DNA of 64,000 nucleotides from Candidatus Udaeobacter sp. (GCA_035473115.1 DATION010000001.1:461-64460), one strand, 5' to 3'. Numbered from the stretch's first letter, positions 9,386 through 18,653 are shown. The notes: generated by a model not told the origin, from the sequence alone. Numbers and translations are program-made.

Positions 9386-10189
9386 TTATTTTTGCGGGTA
9401 CCAGTTTAGCTGAACAACTTCTATATTTGGATCAGCGGCGTTTACTAGTTGTTTAAATTTAGCTACATCAGCCAGTTCGTTTGGATGGCCATTATTATAG
9501 CCATAATGGTATGGATAAACCTGTTTTGGTTTAAATGCTAAGACAGCATCAGCTGCTTGCTCTATACTCATAGTATATGGCAAGTTCATAGGGACAAAAG
9601 CGATATCTATATTTTTTAGGGCGCGCATTTCCGGAACATCTTCAGTATCACCGGCAATATAGACGCGAGTGCCGCTAGATTCTAAAACATAGCCATTACC
9701 ATTTCCTTTCGGATGTTTATCTAGGTCTGCCGAGCGTAAGTTATAAGCTGGAACAGCTTGGATATTAATATTTTTTTGGCTGGTAGTGTCGTTATTTTTT
9801 AGAACAATCAAGTTGTGGGTCAGAGTTTTAGGCAGTTTAGCAGCAATTACTGACGGCACTATTAAAACAGTATTAGGCTGCATTATTTTTGCTAAAGTAT
9901 CAGGACTAAAATGATCTGGGTGTTCATGAGTTATCACTATAATATCTGGTTTTGGCACATTGGCGTAGCTTTCCGGAGCTCCGACCGGATCAGCATAAAC
10001 AACGGCAGTTTTCCAATCAAGCACCACAGACGCGTGGGAGATAGGAGTTATTTTTATATTAGGATTAGTTGTTATAGGAGAGCCGGCCATAGAGTTTTGG
10101 GTTTGTTTTTGGCGAGTAAAATTTTTTAAGATTAATAATCCCGCTGCCAAGACAACGACTGTGATTAAAAGTAGTAGTTTAGTTTTCAT
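9386..10189 (-). CDS. Membrane-anchored/exported MBL-fold metallo-hydrolase
   Basis: THEHPDH, HPKG, AGDTE, PYHY; N-terminal hydrophobic segment. Confidence 0.9.
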   Translation of the reverse strand: MKTKLLLLITVVVLAAGLLILKNFTRQKQTQNSMAGSPITTNPNIKITPISHASVVLDWKTAVVYADPVGAPESYANVPKPDIIVITHEHPDHFSPDTLAKIMQPNTVLIVPSVIAAKLPKTLTHNLIVLKNNDTTSQKNINIQAVPAYNLRSADLDKHPKGNGNGYVLESSGTRVYIAGDTEDVPEMRALKNIDIAFVPMNLPYTMSIEQAADAVLAFKPKQVYPYHYGYNNGHPNELADVAKFKQLVNAADPNIEVVQLNWYPQK

Positions 10190-10260
10190 ATTTGATTAAA
10201 ATTGTTTTATTAAAAACTTATCAAAGTATAACATACAATCTAGAGTTTATAAAGTCGGAA

Positions 10261-11352
10261 TTATTTTTGATAATATTGTTTTCTTTTTAGTAAAGAAGTG
10301 TTGCAGGCTGGCTGATTGGCCGCCTCTAAAGAAGCGCAAAATGTTTCTGTTTTTTCGATGGAGTTATAGTTTACCAGATGATATGAAACGAGTCCGTCAA
10401 TACAGGCTGATTTAACAGCTTGATTATCAATTTGCTCGCAAATACTTTCTGCTTTTTTTGGATTGTTCAGGTTGGTAGCCATAATATAGCTGCCCATACC
10501 GCTAACGCATTGATTTATATATCCCGATTCGGAAAAGTTGCAGGCAGAAAATAAATCAGTATTTGTTTTTAAGTTTTGTTTGGCTAAATAAGCGCCGGCA
10601 TAAAGATAGCAGGCAGGCTTAAAGTGTGTTTCCGTTCGGCAGATTTTTAGCGGATCATTAGGGAAAAAATAAGGTGTAGCGTACATCTGTAGTTCACTGC
10701 TTTCAAAATTTTGCATAAATACTCCTTCGGAACAGCGAGTTTGATGTTCGTTTGTATCTAGTGTCAGACAGTAGTTGGCAGAGTCGGGCACATTATTTTT
10801 GGTATAGAACATTAGTCCGTGGCCAATGCCGTGATAACAAAAACCGTCCATGCCATCGCACAAAGAATGGATAGTGTCGGTTGGGTTGGCAGAAGCATTA
10901 AGTACATTTATGGCTAATCCGTGCACATAACCCGAACCGCAGATATCGTCGTTAAATTTTATCGCCTCTTTGAAGTTTTTGTATTTTATAAAAGCTGATT
11001 CGCCGATTGTATGCGCAAGCAGATGGCAGCGGCTGGCGACATTATCATCGGCCATTAATCGGCGCAGCTGGGCGAAGGCTGCTGCTGGGTTTTGGTTTTT
11101 TACAATCTCGTCTAGTTGTTGGTCAATCATGGGGATAGTAGAGCTTGTCATCTGTCCAATCCGTATTATATTTGAAGTATCATTATGAGCCGCCATTAAA
11201 ATTCTTTGGTTGTTTGCTGGTTTAGATTGTAGCCATGATAAATTTAGAGGGAATAAATTTTTTGTATTTAAGCAAAATGAAATAATCAGGATGATTATGA
11301 CAGCAAATAAAAAAATACCGTACTTATGTTTTTTAAGTAACACCGGAACCAT
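10261..11352 (-). CDS. Membrane-anchored Cys/His-rich helical repeat protein
   Basis: N-terminal TM; repeats CHLLAHTIG, CGSGYVHG, CYHGIGHG, CSEGVFM, CVSGMG. Confidence 0.75.
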   Translation of the reverse strand: MVPVLLKKHKYGIFLFAVIIILIISFCLNTKNLFPLNLSWLQSKPANNQRILMAAHNDTSNIIRIGQMTSSTIPMIDQQLDEIVKNQNPAAAFAQLRRLMADDNVASRCHLLAHTIGESAFIKYKNFKEAIKFNDDICGSGYVHGLAINVLNASANPTDTIHSLCDGMDGFCYHGIGHGLMFYTKNNVPDSANYCLTLDTNEHQTRCSEGVFMQNFESSELQMYATPYFFPNDPLKICRTETHFKPACYLYAGAYLAKQNLKTNTDLFSACNFSESGYINQCVSGMGSYIMATNLNNPKKAESICEQIDNQAVKSACIDGLVSYHLVNYNSIEKTETFCASLEAANQPACNTSLLKRKQYYQK

Positions 11353-11359
11353 GAAGTTA

Positions 11360-11482
11360 TTATCTTCTTTTCTTAGAAGCTTTTTTGGCCAGCATCTGTT
11401 TTTTGATTTCCAAGCGCTTTTTTGTTTTTGGAGAATGTTTGGATTTAGTTTTCTTGCGTAGGCTGTTTGGTCTTTTTGCCAT
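11360..11482 (-). CDS. 40-aa Lys/Arg-rich small protein (not in ORF track)
   Basis: MAKRPNSLRKKTKSKHSPKTKKRLEIKKQMLAKKASKKRR*, AT-rich leader, 7 nt upstream of the next gene. Confidence 0.6.
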   Translation of the reverse strand: MAKRPNSLRKKTKSKHSPKTKKRLEIKKQMLAKKASKKRR

Positions 11483-11612
11483 ATATTATAAAAATAATAA
11501 ATTAAGTTTAAGATATTTTAGCACAACTCTGGTAATATAGCCAGAGATAAACATTTTTGTTTGTTATTATGTGTGGTATAATTTAATAGGAGTAAATAAT
11601 TAACTTAATAAT

Positions 11613-12461
11613 ATGGATAAAGCTAAAGTGGAAAGAATATTCAATTCGGTCACATTGTTTTTTATCAACGCAGCTATTATTATCATAGCTGAAAGTACCG
11701 GGCAATTATTTTTCCGCATGGGGTTAATACATATTATCGCGCTCTTGTTTATCGCCCTATCAGTTATCAGAATATTTGTCCGTTATTATTCCTATGATTC
11801 TGTCTTAGAGAAATTTTTCCAAGCCAGTTTAGCCGCTTTGTTCGTTTTTACCATTGCCCATATTGTGGAGTACTTTAATATGACTATGGGTATGTCTGCT
11901 TATTATTCCGATGCAGCCTTGGTTAATACGGCTAACTTTTACTTAATCAGTTTAATAATTATTATAATTGGAGCTGACGCTTTTTTGCGCATTTACGATA
12001 ATCGTTCCCGAGCCAGAATAAATTTTTTAATCGGTTTGATTGCCGCTCTGGTTGTTTTGATTTTTGTATTTACCGCCAAGAAAGATTTGGCTTCATTGGA
12101 ACTTGATGAACCGATGCCTTATGTATATCTGGCAGCAGTATTTACTTTTGGCTTGCTAGCCTTAAGAAAGGTTCGTTTAATTGGCAAGCGAGTAGGTATC
12201 TCTACCGCCTTTGCCAAGTTGCTTTCAGCTTCTATTATTTTGCTAATGCTTTCAACAGTTCCATATATTCTTTATGATTTATTAGAAGAACATTTTGGTT
12301 TCCCTCTTTATCAAATAATGTATTTGAGCCACTTTATTTTTTACGCTTCTTTAAGTCTGTTATTTTTAGCTTTTGGCAGGGTTAAAATTATGGGCGGGGT
12401 TTATGAAGATTTAAACAAAAATTCTTCAGACAAACCTGATTCAAAAGTTTGTTTATCTTAA
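11613..12461 (+). CDS. Polytopic membrane protein, unknown function
   Basis: About 8 hydrophobic segments. Confidence 0.8.
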   Translation: MDKAKVERIFNSVTLFFINAAIIIIAESTGQLFFRMGLIHIIALLFIALSVIRIFVRYYSYDSVLEKFFQASLAALFVFTIAHIVEYFNMTMGMSAYYSDAALVNTANFYLISLIIIIIGADAFLRIYDNRSRARINFLIGLIAALVVLIFVFTAKKDLASLELDEPMPYVYLAAVFTFGLLALRKVRLIGKRVGISTAFAKLLSASIILLMLSTVPYILYDLLEEHFGFPLYQIMYLSHFIFYASLSLLFLAFGRVKIMGGVYEDLNKNSSDKPDSKVCLS

Positions 12462-12469
12462 AATTAAAA

Positions 12470-12557
12470 GCACCGACCCCCTTCTTGCGAAAAAGGTCGG
12501 CTTGACTAGCGCATAGTCACGAGACTGCTGTCTGCAGTCTCGGTTCGGTCTCCTGTA
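12470..12557 (-). terminator. Multi-hairpin 3' region and terminator of the RCC1 gene
   Basis: CGAGACTGC/GCAGTCTCG, TGACTA/TAGTCA and GCCGACC..TTC-GCAA-GAA..GGTCGGT hairpins, then T run. Confidence 0.65.
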
Positions 12558-13883
12558 CTACTGGAAGATCACCGAGATGATCTTGGCCGGATTGTTCTGG
12601 GGGAGGAACGTCCCGTTGCCCACTTGGCCGGAAGATCCGTTGCCTTCACACCAGACACTCGTTTCCCAGTTCACCGGAGACGTGCTGGTGAGAGCATCGC
12701 TCAATTCGGAGCACTGAGTGTGGCCGCCACCAGAGACTGCGACGTAGCCTCTGTTTTGAGTCGCCGGCAAGGGCGGCATGCCCGAAGCCAGCGTGGCGGA
12801 AGTCTTGTCGATCATCGTCAGGTCTCCGAGCTGACGATTGTTATTGTAACCCCAGCACCACAAGTGCGGAGGAAACTTGGGAGAAACCGGATCCTGCTTC
12901 GAAACGCAGGAGTGGTTCTGGCCCAGTTTGTCACCCACCCGCGCGAGAGACGTGCCACTGGGCAGTCCCAACACGAGCGCCGGCGAGGTCTGATCAACTC
13001 TGTTGCCATTGCCGACCTGTCCATAGAAATTGTAGCCCCAGCAGCGCAGAAGGTCATCTGAGAAGCCCAGCCCGCAGGTATGCGATCCGCCTGCGGAAAT
13101 TGAGATGAAGTTCTGCAGAACTCTGGTCGGCCGTGGCTGGGACACAAAGCCGCCGATTCCGAGCTGGCCATGGTCATTGTCTCCCCAGCAGTACGTTACC
13201 CCGGTGGCAAGATCCATGACCACGCATGCGTGCTGTGGACCTGCCGTCCAACTGTAGAAGCCGCCCTGAACGGTGGTGGTAAGATTGCCAACTCCGTTCG
13301 GGTTCACGACAGGCGTCGGCAGGTTCTTCAGGCCGCTGAAGGTGCCGATGCCAAGCTGGCCGTTGGTGTTCTCACCCCAACAACGGAGTTGGTAGGTGAT
13401 CGGGTTCACCGTGGATGTCACGATCTCGGCGCAGGTGTAGTTGCCGGCGGCGGTAACCCAGACCACATTGCTCATGACCCGGGTCGGGGTAGCCTGGTTG
13501 GTAAAGTTACCAATCCCGAGCTGCCCTTCGAGGTTCCGGCCCCAGCAGTAGAGGTCCTGGTTCCCGATGCCGCTGGGATCCTTGAGTCCGCAGGCGTGTT
13601 CGGCACCGACCGACACCCACGTCCAGACCAGGGTTGGCGTGGCTGGGATCGTCGCCAGTCCAGCAGCTACAGGCACAGAAGAAGGGCTGAACCCTCCCGT
13701 TCCGAGCTGTCCCTTGTCGTTGCTGCCCCAGCAGAGCATCTTGCCTGCCAGGCTACCCAGTCGAGTAGTCTGTTTGTACACATAGCATCCGCTCGTATCC
13801 CCCACGGATAGGCGGGATGCCTCTGCCGTGCTGGCAGAGAGCATCAGGAATAGACCGAGAATGATGTACAAGAGCCTTTGCAT
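12558..13883 (-). CDS. Secreted RCC1/BLIP-II repeat beta-propeller protein (GC-rich)
   Basis: Signal peptide ending AEA; about 7 repeats of CWGxNxxGQLG..G..H.C. Confidence 0.92.
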   Translation of the reverse strand: MQRLLYIILGLFLMLSASTAEASRLSVGDTSGCYVYKQTTRLGSLAGKMLCWGSNDKGQLGTGGFSPSSVPVAAGLATIPATPTLVWTWVSVGAEHACGLKDPSGIGNQDLYCWGRNLEGQLGIGNFTNQATPTRVMSNVVWVTAAGNYTCAEIVTSTVNPITYQLRCWGENTNGQLGIGTFSGLKNLPTPVVNPNGVGNLTTTVQGGFYSWTAGPQHACVVMDLATGVTYCWGDNDHGQLGIGGFVSQPRPTRVLQNFISISAGGSHTCGLGFSDDLLRCWGYNFYGQVGNGNRVDQTSPALVLGLPSGTSLARVGDKLGQNHSCVSKQDPVSPKFPPHLWCWGYNNNRQLGDLTMIDKTSATLASGMPPLPATQNRGYVAVSGGGHTQCSELSDALTSTSPVNWETSVWCEGNGSSGQVGNGTFLPQNNPAKIISVIFQ

Positions 13884-13946
13884 TTGTTTCCCTTTCAGTC
13901 GTAACTCTACGTGTCTGTATCAGCCATCCGAATTGATGGCGGCGCA

Positions 13947-13975
13947 ATCTTAGCAGATAGGCCAAAAAATGTCAA
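13947..13975 (-). promoter_or_regulatory. sigma70 promoter of the RCC1 gene
   Basis: TTGACA-17-TAAGAT with extended TG. Confidence 0.8.
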
Positions 13976-14037
13976 TGGGAGTATCAACGTTCTTTCAGAT
14001 TGACATTGGCCGAATTTAGGTCTATCATAATATAACT

Positions 14038-14427
14038 ATGAATAAAAACTCTTACTTTAACCTATTTTTTTGGCTAATAATCGGCCTAAGTCTAGCTTTT
14101 TATGCTAACTCAACAGCTTTAGCTGCAACTGCCAAGACTTCTGAAGCTAAACATATTGTTAAGCCTCAAGTTCAAAGTACTGCCAAAAAAACTGTTGTGA
14201 CTCAATTAAAAGACAAAACAGTTGCCTCGCCAGCCAAAAATACTTCCGTTGTTTCAACAAATAAGCCGGCAGATACTTGTATGCAAGCTATTGCTAAGGC
14301 TAATAAAGAATGCAAAGCTATTTCGCAAGGCTGCCACTCTTTTAGCGAAACTCCTCGCTGTAAATCGGCCGATCAAACTTGTGCCGATAAGCAGCAGGCT
14401 GCTATGGAGCTTTGCGGGGTTAAGTAG
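14038..14427 (+). CDS. Secreted hypothetical protein with 6-Cys C-terminal domain
   Basis: Signal peptide, K/T/S-rich linker, six Cys; TTGACA promoter at 14000. Confidence 0.75.
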   Translation: MNKNSYFNLFFWLIIGLSLAFYANSTALAATAKTSEAKHIVKPQVQSTAKKTVVTQLKDKTVASPAKNTSVVSTNKPADTCMQAIAKANKECKAISQGCHSFSETPRCKSADQTCADKQQAAMELCGVK

Positions 14428-14483
14428 TCAAAGTTTAATAGTGAATAATTGGTTAGCCTGTCGTCATAAAATTAAATAATAAT

Positions 14484-14517
14484 AAAAAACAGCTCGTCTA
14501 GTAACGAGCTGTTTTTT
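14484..14517. terminator. Bidirectional terminator
   Basis: AAAAAACAGCTCGT-ctagta-ACGAGCTGTTTTTT between convergent genes. Confidence 0.8.
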
Positions 14518-14518
14518 A

Positions 14519-14920
14519 TTATCTTTTGTAAGGATGCTTTTTCATGGCCTTTTTTGCTGTAGTTCCTGGTGGCGCGTTTCTGGTAAATACATCCTGGCCA
14601 ATAAGCATTGATTCCCAATTGTCGGCCGGATTAGTCGTTTGATTTAAAAGCCACATGGTAGTTAGAGTCTCCTGGCCGTTTATCATTTGTAACTGACCGC
14701 ACCAGGCAGTGGTTGATTGCAGATCCGAGGTGCTGTTGTTCCATACTACCACCATGCCGAAAGTTTGCCCGGCGGCTTGCACTGGATCAACCATGCCAGT
14801 CATTTGAAAAACACCTTGACCTCCGACCGCGCTTTGGTAGGTGCCGGTAAGCATCTGACCGCTGGCTTTAATGATTACTTTTGAACCAAGTTCGTTGTAC
14901 CACACGCCATTAATATTCAT
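14519..14920 (-). CDS. Avidin/streptavidin-family biotin-binding protein, no signal peptide
   Basis: GxWYNELGS, TGTYQSAVG, VxWNN, STTAWCGQ, TxWLL, NWES..IGQDVFTR. Confidence 0.92.
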   Translation of the reverse strand: MNINGVWYNELGSKVIIKASGQMLTGTYQSAVGGQGVFQMTGMVDPVQAAGQTFGMVVVWNNSTSDLQSTTAWCGQLQMINGQETLTTMWLLNQTTNPADNWESMLIGQDVFTRNAPPGTTAKKAMKKHPYKR

Positions 14921-15031
14921 AATTTTTTTAAAAATTAATTAAGTACGACAAAAACTAAATTAAATTAATATAAAATATAATTTTAGATCATAGCCCTCCT
15001 TTCTTAGTCAATTTTTGATAAATTTATAGAC

Positions 15032-15463
15032 TTATCTTTTTGGTTGCAGCATGGAAAATCGGTTGCCCTCGGTGTCCATAGCCGAAATCCAAAGCCCAAC
15101 ACCCGGTATATCTTGCGGCTCGTCGCTATGCTGGCCTGCTTCGTTCATTGTGCCAAGGATTTTCCCGCCAGCAGTTTTGACGTCAGTCATTGCTTGGTTA
15201 ATATCTTCAACGGCAATGACAACCGACGGAGCGTGTGATGAAGGGTTATCTGTTTTTTGATAAAATCCGCCGTTAATGTTACCTGGATTTTTTATCATTC
15301 CTTTGTCATCAGTTTCGGTGGTTTGCGCAACTACATAACTGCCCATGTCTAGCCCCATCATTTGGGTTTGCCAGCCAAAGACATTGGTATAAAAATCAAC
15401 CATCCGTTGCTTATCTTGGTAGCCCATTTCAAAATGGACTACTGGGCTCATTTTTTTGTGCAT
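15032..15463 (-). CDS. VOC/glyoxalase-family protein
   Basis: VVHFEM, FYxxVFGW, INGG, DTEGN. Confidence 0.9.
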   Translation of the reverse strand: MHKKMSPVVHFEMGYQDKQRMVDFYTNVFGWQTQMMGLDMGSYVVAQTTETDDKGMIKNPGNINGGFYQKTDNPSSHAPSVVIAVEDINQAMTDVKTAGGKILGTMNEAGQHSDEPQDIPGVGLWISAMDTEGNRFSMLQPKR

Positions 15464-15511
15464 AAATTTTATTTAAAATTAATTAAAGTTTATTTTATTA
15501 TAGCAAAAGAA

Positions 15512-15940
15512 TTAGGAATGCGCCTTCTTCATATATTGATACGATCTCTTGATAAGAGACGCAAGCACTTTTTCATCAACATCAGATAGTTTGTTGATAT
15601 ACAAACAGCCACCGATGCCAGCACTTGTTTTATATTTTCCCAGTTTGCCAAGTAACTCGTGGCTATCCTTATTGCCGTGCATGATATAAAGTGTAAGGTT
15701 TTGTTTTCGTGGAGAGAAACCAGTTAACATCCAGTCTCCTTCTTGGGCGCTTCTGTCGGATTTATAATGATACTTGCCGAAACCAACAATACTTGTTCCC
15801 CAGATGACCGCTTTTTCACCGGTAACCTGCTCAAATATTTTAAGCAGCGCAAAACCATCTGTCCGTTTTTCTTTGGGTCCAATGGAGTTGAGAAATTTTT
15901 TAACGCTTGTTTTAGTTGCTTTGGTTTTTAATTCAGCCAT
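15512..15940 (-). CDS. DUF1801 (YdhG-like) protein
   Basis: WGTSIVGFGKYHYK, GFSPRK, CLYINKL. Confidence 0.85.
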   Translation of the reverse strand: MAELKTKATKTSVKKFLNSIGPKEKRTDGFALLKIFEQVTGEKAVIWGTSIVGFGKYHYKSDRSAQEGDWMLTGFSPRKQNLTLYIMHGNKDSHELLGKLGKYKTSAGIGGCLYINKLSDVDEKVLASLIKRSYQYMKKAHS

Positions 15941-15946
15941 ATAATT

Positions 15947-16237
15947 TTAACGATGAGGGCAGCCTGCCCAACAACAGGGTCGACGCATACCTTTACGCAT
16001 CTTATCAAGACCAACTGTTATACGCCGGTCTCTGGTTTCAGCTTGCTTGGCAGATGTCACCCAACAAATCCATTCATTGCGGGCAAGCGGCGTAATATCA
16101 TCCCACACCGACAGCGCCTTGGGGTCAGAAGCAAGGGCTTTCCGAAAATCTGGTGGGAGTTTATGCTTGCTTGTTCGTAACTCTCCATGGCGAGCGGAGG
16201 CGGATGGTACACTGATAGAAATTTCTTTTTTGATCAT
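15947..16237 (-). CDS. YdeI/OmpD-associated family protein
   Basis: ITPLARNEWICWVTSAKQAETR, RRPCCWAGC. Confidence 0.85.
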   Translation of the reverse strand: MIKKEISISVPSASARHGELRTSKHKLPPDFRKALASDPKALSVWDDITPLARNEWICWVTSAKQAETRDRRITVGLDKMRKGMRRPCCWAGCPHR

Positions 16238-16247
16238 ATGTTTATCA

Positions 16248-16514
16248 TTATCTTTTGTTCCGCCCGTATAAAAACCATCCTATTAAAATGATAGCTGATA
16301 TTATAGCGCCAATAATATTAGGTATGATTATAGGGGTGTTTTTTATCTCAAACCCGTACAGTATCCAGATAAATGATCCAATAGTTGTTATAAAGTAGGT
16401 AGTAGCAGAAACGTCTCCGGCGCTTTTATTTCTGAATATTTTTATTGCTTGAGGAAGAGCTCCGAAGCCTAAAAAAATACCCGAGATTGTAGCCAAAATA
16501 GAAAGTATTGTCAT
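16248..16514 (-). CDS. SemiSWEET/PQ-loop transporter
   Basis: LPQAIKIFRNKSAGDVS, WILYG, N motif, 3 TM. Confidence 0.88.
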   Translation of the reverse strand: MTILSILATISGIFLGFGALPQAIKIFRNKSAGDVSATTYFITTIGSFIWILYGFEIKNTPIIIPNIIGAIISAIILIGWFLYGRNKR

Positions 16515-16630
16515 ATTTAATTTATTATATCATATACAAAAAATAAACCTATAATAGGGTTTATTTTTGTTTTTGGCTCGCATACACGGACAGCTTCCGA
16601 ACTTTTTTATCTAAGAATTTAAACCTCCTT

Positions 16631-17116
16631 CTATCTCAGGTTTAAATTTTTCAGTCGCCACATCATTGCTTCGCGGCTCACCTGATATTGTTCAGACAAT
16701 TCTATCAACCGATCTTCATAAGAACCATCTAATTTTCTAAAGTCGTTTAATAGTAGTTGTTTGGGCATAAGTAAATTCGCAGCAAAATCATCCGCTCTTT
16801 TTTCAAAAATAGTTTTATCCGGACGATTATTGTTATCCCTATAGTCAATGGAGACGGCTGTAGTACTTTCTAAAAAGAAGTGGCCGAGTTCGTGGGCGAT
16901 AGTGAAGCGGCGTCTCGCCGGAGACTCCTCAGTATTAATACCCATAAGAGCGCCACCATTTTTGCGTATTAAAATACCAGAATATTCAACGCTGGGAGCG
17001 TAGCTGATCTGAATATTCATTTTTTCTGCAATCTGTTCGACAGGTACCGGTGCCTCAGTTACCTTAAAGTGGGTAAGAATTTTCCGAACTTTCGCTTGTA
17101 TAATTTGACTGGACAT
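16631..17116 (-). CDS. ImmA/IrrE-family metallopeptidase (CapP-like)
   Basis: RRRFTIAHELGH, ExxADDFAANLLMP, VSREA. Confidence 0.93.
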   Translation of the reverse strand: MSSQIIQAKVRKILTHFKVTEAPVPVEQIAEKMNIQISYAPSVEYSGILIRKNGGALMGINTEESPARRRFTIAHELGHFFLESTTAVSIDYRDNNNRPDKTIFEKRADDFAANLLMPKQLLLNDFRKLDGSYEDRLIELSEQYQVSREAMMWRLKNLNLR

Positions 17117-17118
17117 AA

Positions 17119-17529
17119 CTATTTATTTACTTTACCAAAAATTTTCTCCGCCCACTCTGCCGCGTTCTCATCTTTCTTTTTTATATTTTCAACGTCTATT
17201 TGGCTAAGTTCATAGCCCTTTGGAATGTCTGGAAAAAAATCTTTAACTTCACACCCCAGGATTGTGGCAAGTTTCCAGAGAGTGACAGCATTAACATGAT
17301 TTTGGCCGTTTTCAAGCTGAGTCAAAGCGACACGGCTCACACCTAATTTATGAGCCACCACTTCGGCGGTCAGAAAACCACGAGAATTTCTGCGTATTTT
17401 TTTTATCTTCGCCCCGATCTCTTCTTTGACCGTTTGTTCAATGTCTTTCTTAACGTTAATTATAGCCGATCGATCAAGATTGGACAACTTGGGGACAGGA
17501 AGTATTGCAGGGTTACTTTTTGTTTTCAT
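17119..17529 (-). CDS. XRE-family HTH regulator (CapH-like)
   Basis: LTAEVVAHKLGVSRVALTQLENG..V...L..LA..LG. Confidence 0.9.
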   Translation of the reverse strand: MKTKSNPAILPVPKLSNLDRSAIINVKKDIEQTVKEEIGAKIKKIRRNSRGFLTAEVVAHKLGVSRVALTQLENGQNHVNAVTLWKLATILGCEVKDFFPDIPKGYELSQIDVENIKKKDENAAEWAEKIFGKVNK

Positions 17530-17530
17530 A

Positions 17531-17578
17531 GCTTACATATGTAAGCACAGATTACAGTACTGTAAAGTACAGCTTACA
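17531..17578. promoter_or_regulatory. Candidate XRE operator palindromes
   Basis: GCTTACATATGTAAGC (17531-17546), TTACAGTACTGTAA (17552-17565), extra GCTTACA half-site; divergent sigma70 promoters at about 17586-17630. Confidence 0.6.
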
Positions 17579-17719
17579 CAATTATAGTATAATCTATCAT
17601 TTGCAATTTGTCAAGATGTATGGTAGACTTAAGGTCTAGAAGGGAAATACCTTTAAAGATTTATTACTTTACGTGGCATCCTCGCCAACCGAGGGTCACG
17701 CTATACCTAAGCTAAAAAT

Positions 17720-17953
17720 ATGGCAAGGAATCAACAACACGTTGTACGACGCGATGAAGGGTGGGCGGTAAGAGGCGCTGGAAACTCCAGAGATACTGCG
17801 CATACCAAAACTCAAGGCAAAGCAATTGATATTGCACGAAACATTGCGATTAACCAAAAGGCGGAAGTGGTCATTCACGATCGGCACGGTAAAATTCGCG
17901 ATTCAGATTCTTACGGAAATGACCCAAGCAATATCAAGGATACTAAATTTTAA
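17720..17953 (+). CDS. DUF2188 family protein
   Basis: QHVV..GWAV..G..R....TQ..AI..AR, IHDRHGKIR.SDSYGNDP. Confidence 0.9.
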   Translation: MARNQQHVVRRDEGWAVRGAGNSRDTAHTKTQGKAIDIARNIAINQKAEVVIHDRHGKIRDSDSYGNDPSNIKDTKF

Positions 17954-18067
17954 TCATTTAAACAAGCCGTCCAATGAAACGATGTAATGCGCCAGCGCTT
18001 CAATCGTGGCACTCTTTATTCTACCAGGCTTCGGTTACGAAGCCGGCTACTAAAACATTCTATCTAT

Positions 18068-18301
18068 ATGGCAAACGATAAAAAACCAATCGTGGAAATA
18101 ACGATAAATAATACACACTACAGCATTGAGCGTGGAAATTACTCTGTAGAGCAAATTAAAAATCTTGGACATGTGCCACTTGCCGACGATCTGCTTGAAA
18201 TTTTAGATAAAAAACTTAAAACTTTAAATGATAATGCTCACGTCGAGATTAAAGGCGGCGAAGTATTTGTTAGCCATCCAAAGGGTAGCGCATCCTCCTA
18301 A
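18068..18301 (+). CDS. Ubiquitin-like (multi-ubiquitin domain) protein, BilA/BubA-like
   Basis: ATG 18068; VEITINN...VEIKGGEVFVSHPKG-SASS; first gene of Ubl-E2-JAB-E1 run. Confidence 0.8.
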   Translation: MANDKKPIVEITINNTHYSIERGNYSVEQIKNLGHVPLADDLLEILDKKLKTLNDNAHVEIKGGEVFVSHPKGSASS

Positions 18302-18302
18302 T

Positions 18303-18653
18303 ATGCGCGACCTTCCTTTGGACGAACTGGACGAGCTCAAGCTGGTTTGTGTATCGTTGAGTATAGCAGAGGAGGCTGGTCTCAGGTATATTCTTCTTCA
18401 AGGGTTGAATCTTCCAGTTGGCTGCCTCCCGGATAGAACAGATGCGTTGTTTTGCCCGATGCCACGCGACGGCTACTTGTCGAGATTATTTTTCGCAGAG
18501 AAGGTTAAGTTTCCAGGTGTTGAAAATCCCAACTGGAACGCAACTGACGTTCGGATACTTGAACGAAACTGGCACGCTATTTCATGGAAAGTACCCAGGG
18601 AGGATTTGCGCCTGGCTCAAATACTTTCAGATCATCTAAATCCACACATGTGA
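18303..18653 (+). CDS. Prokaryotic E2-like protein, BilB/BubB-like
   Basis: LPxG, DALFCPMPRDGYLSRLFF, NW, WHAISW; ATG 1 nt after Ubl stop. Confidence 0.75.
   Translation: MRDLPLDELDELKLVCVSLSIAEEAGLRYILLQGLNLPVGCLPDRTDALFCPMPRDGYLSRLFFAEKVKFPGVENPNWNATDVRILERNWHAISWKVPREDLRLAQILSDHLNPHM

Noticed and set aside
12624-13811. Plus-strand ORFs overlapping the RCC1 gene
   Set aside because: Shadow frames expected from high GC3; no recognisable motifs
12470-13975. GC-rich segments as contamination or misassembly
   Set aside because: The same promoter-to-terminator layout recurs at many loci and joins seamlessly to AT-rich promoters; unlikely for random chimeras, though read support is still needed to exclude it
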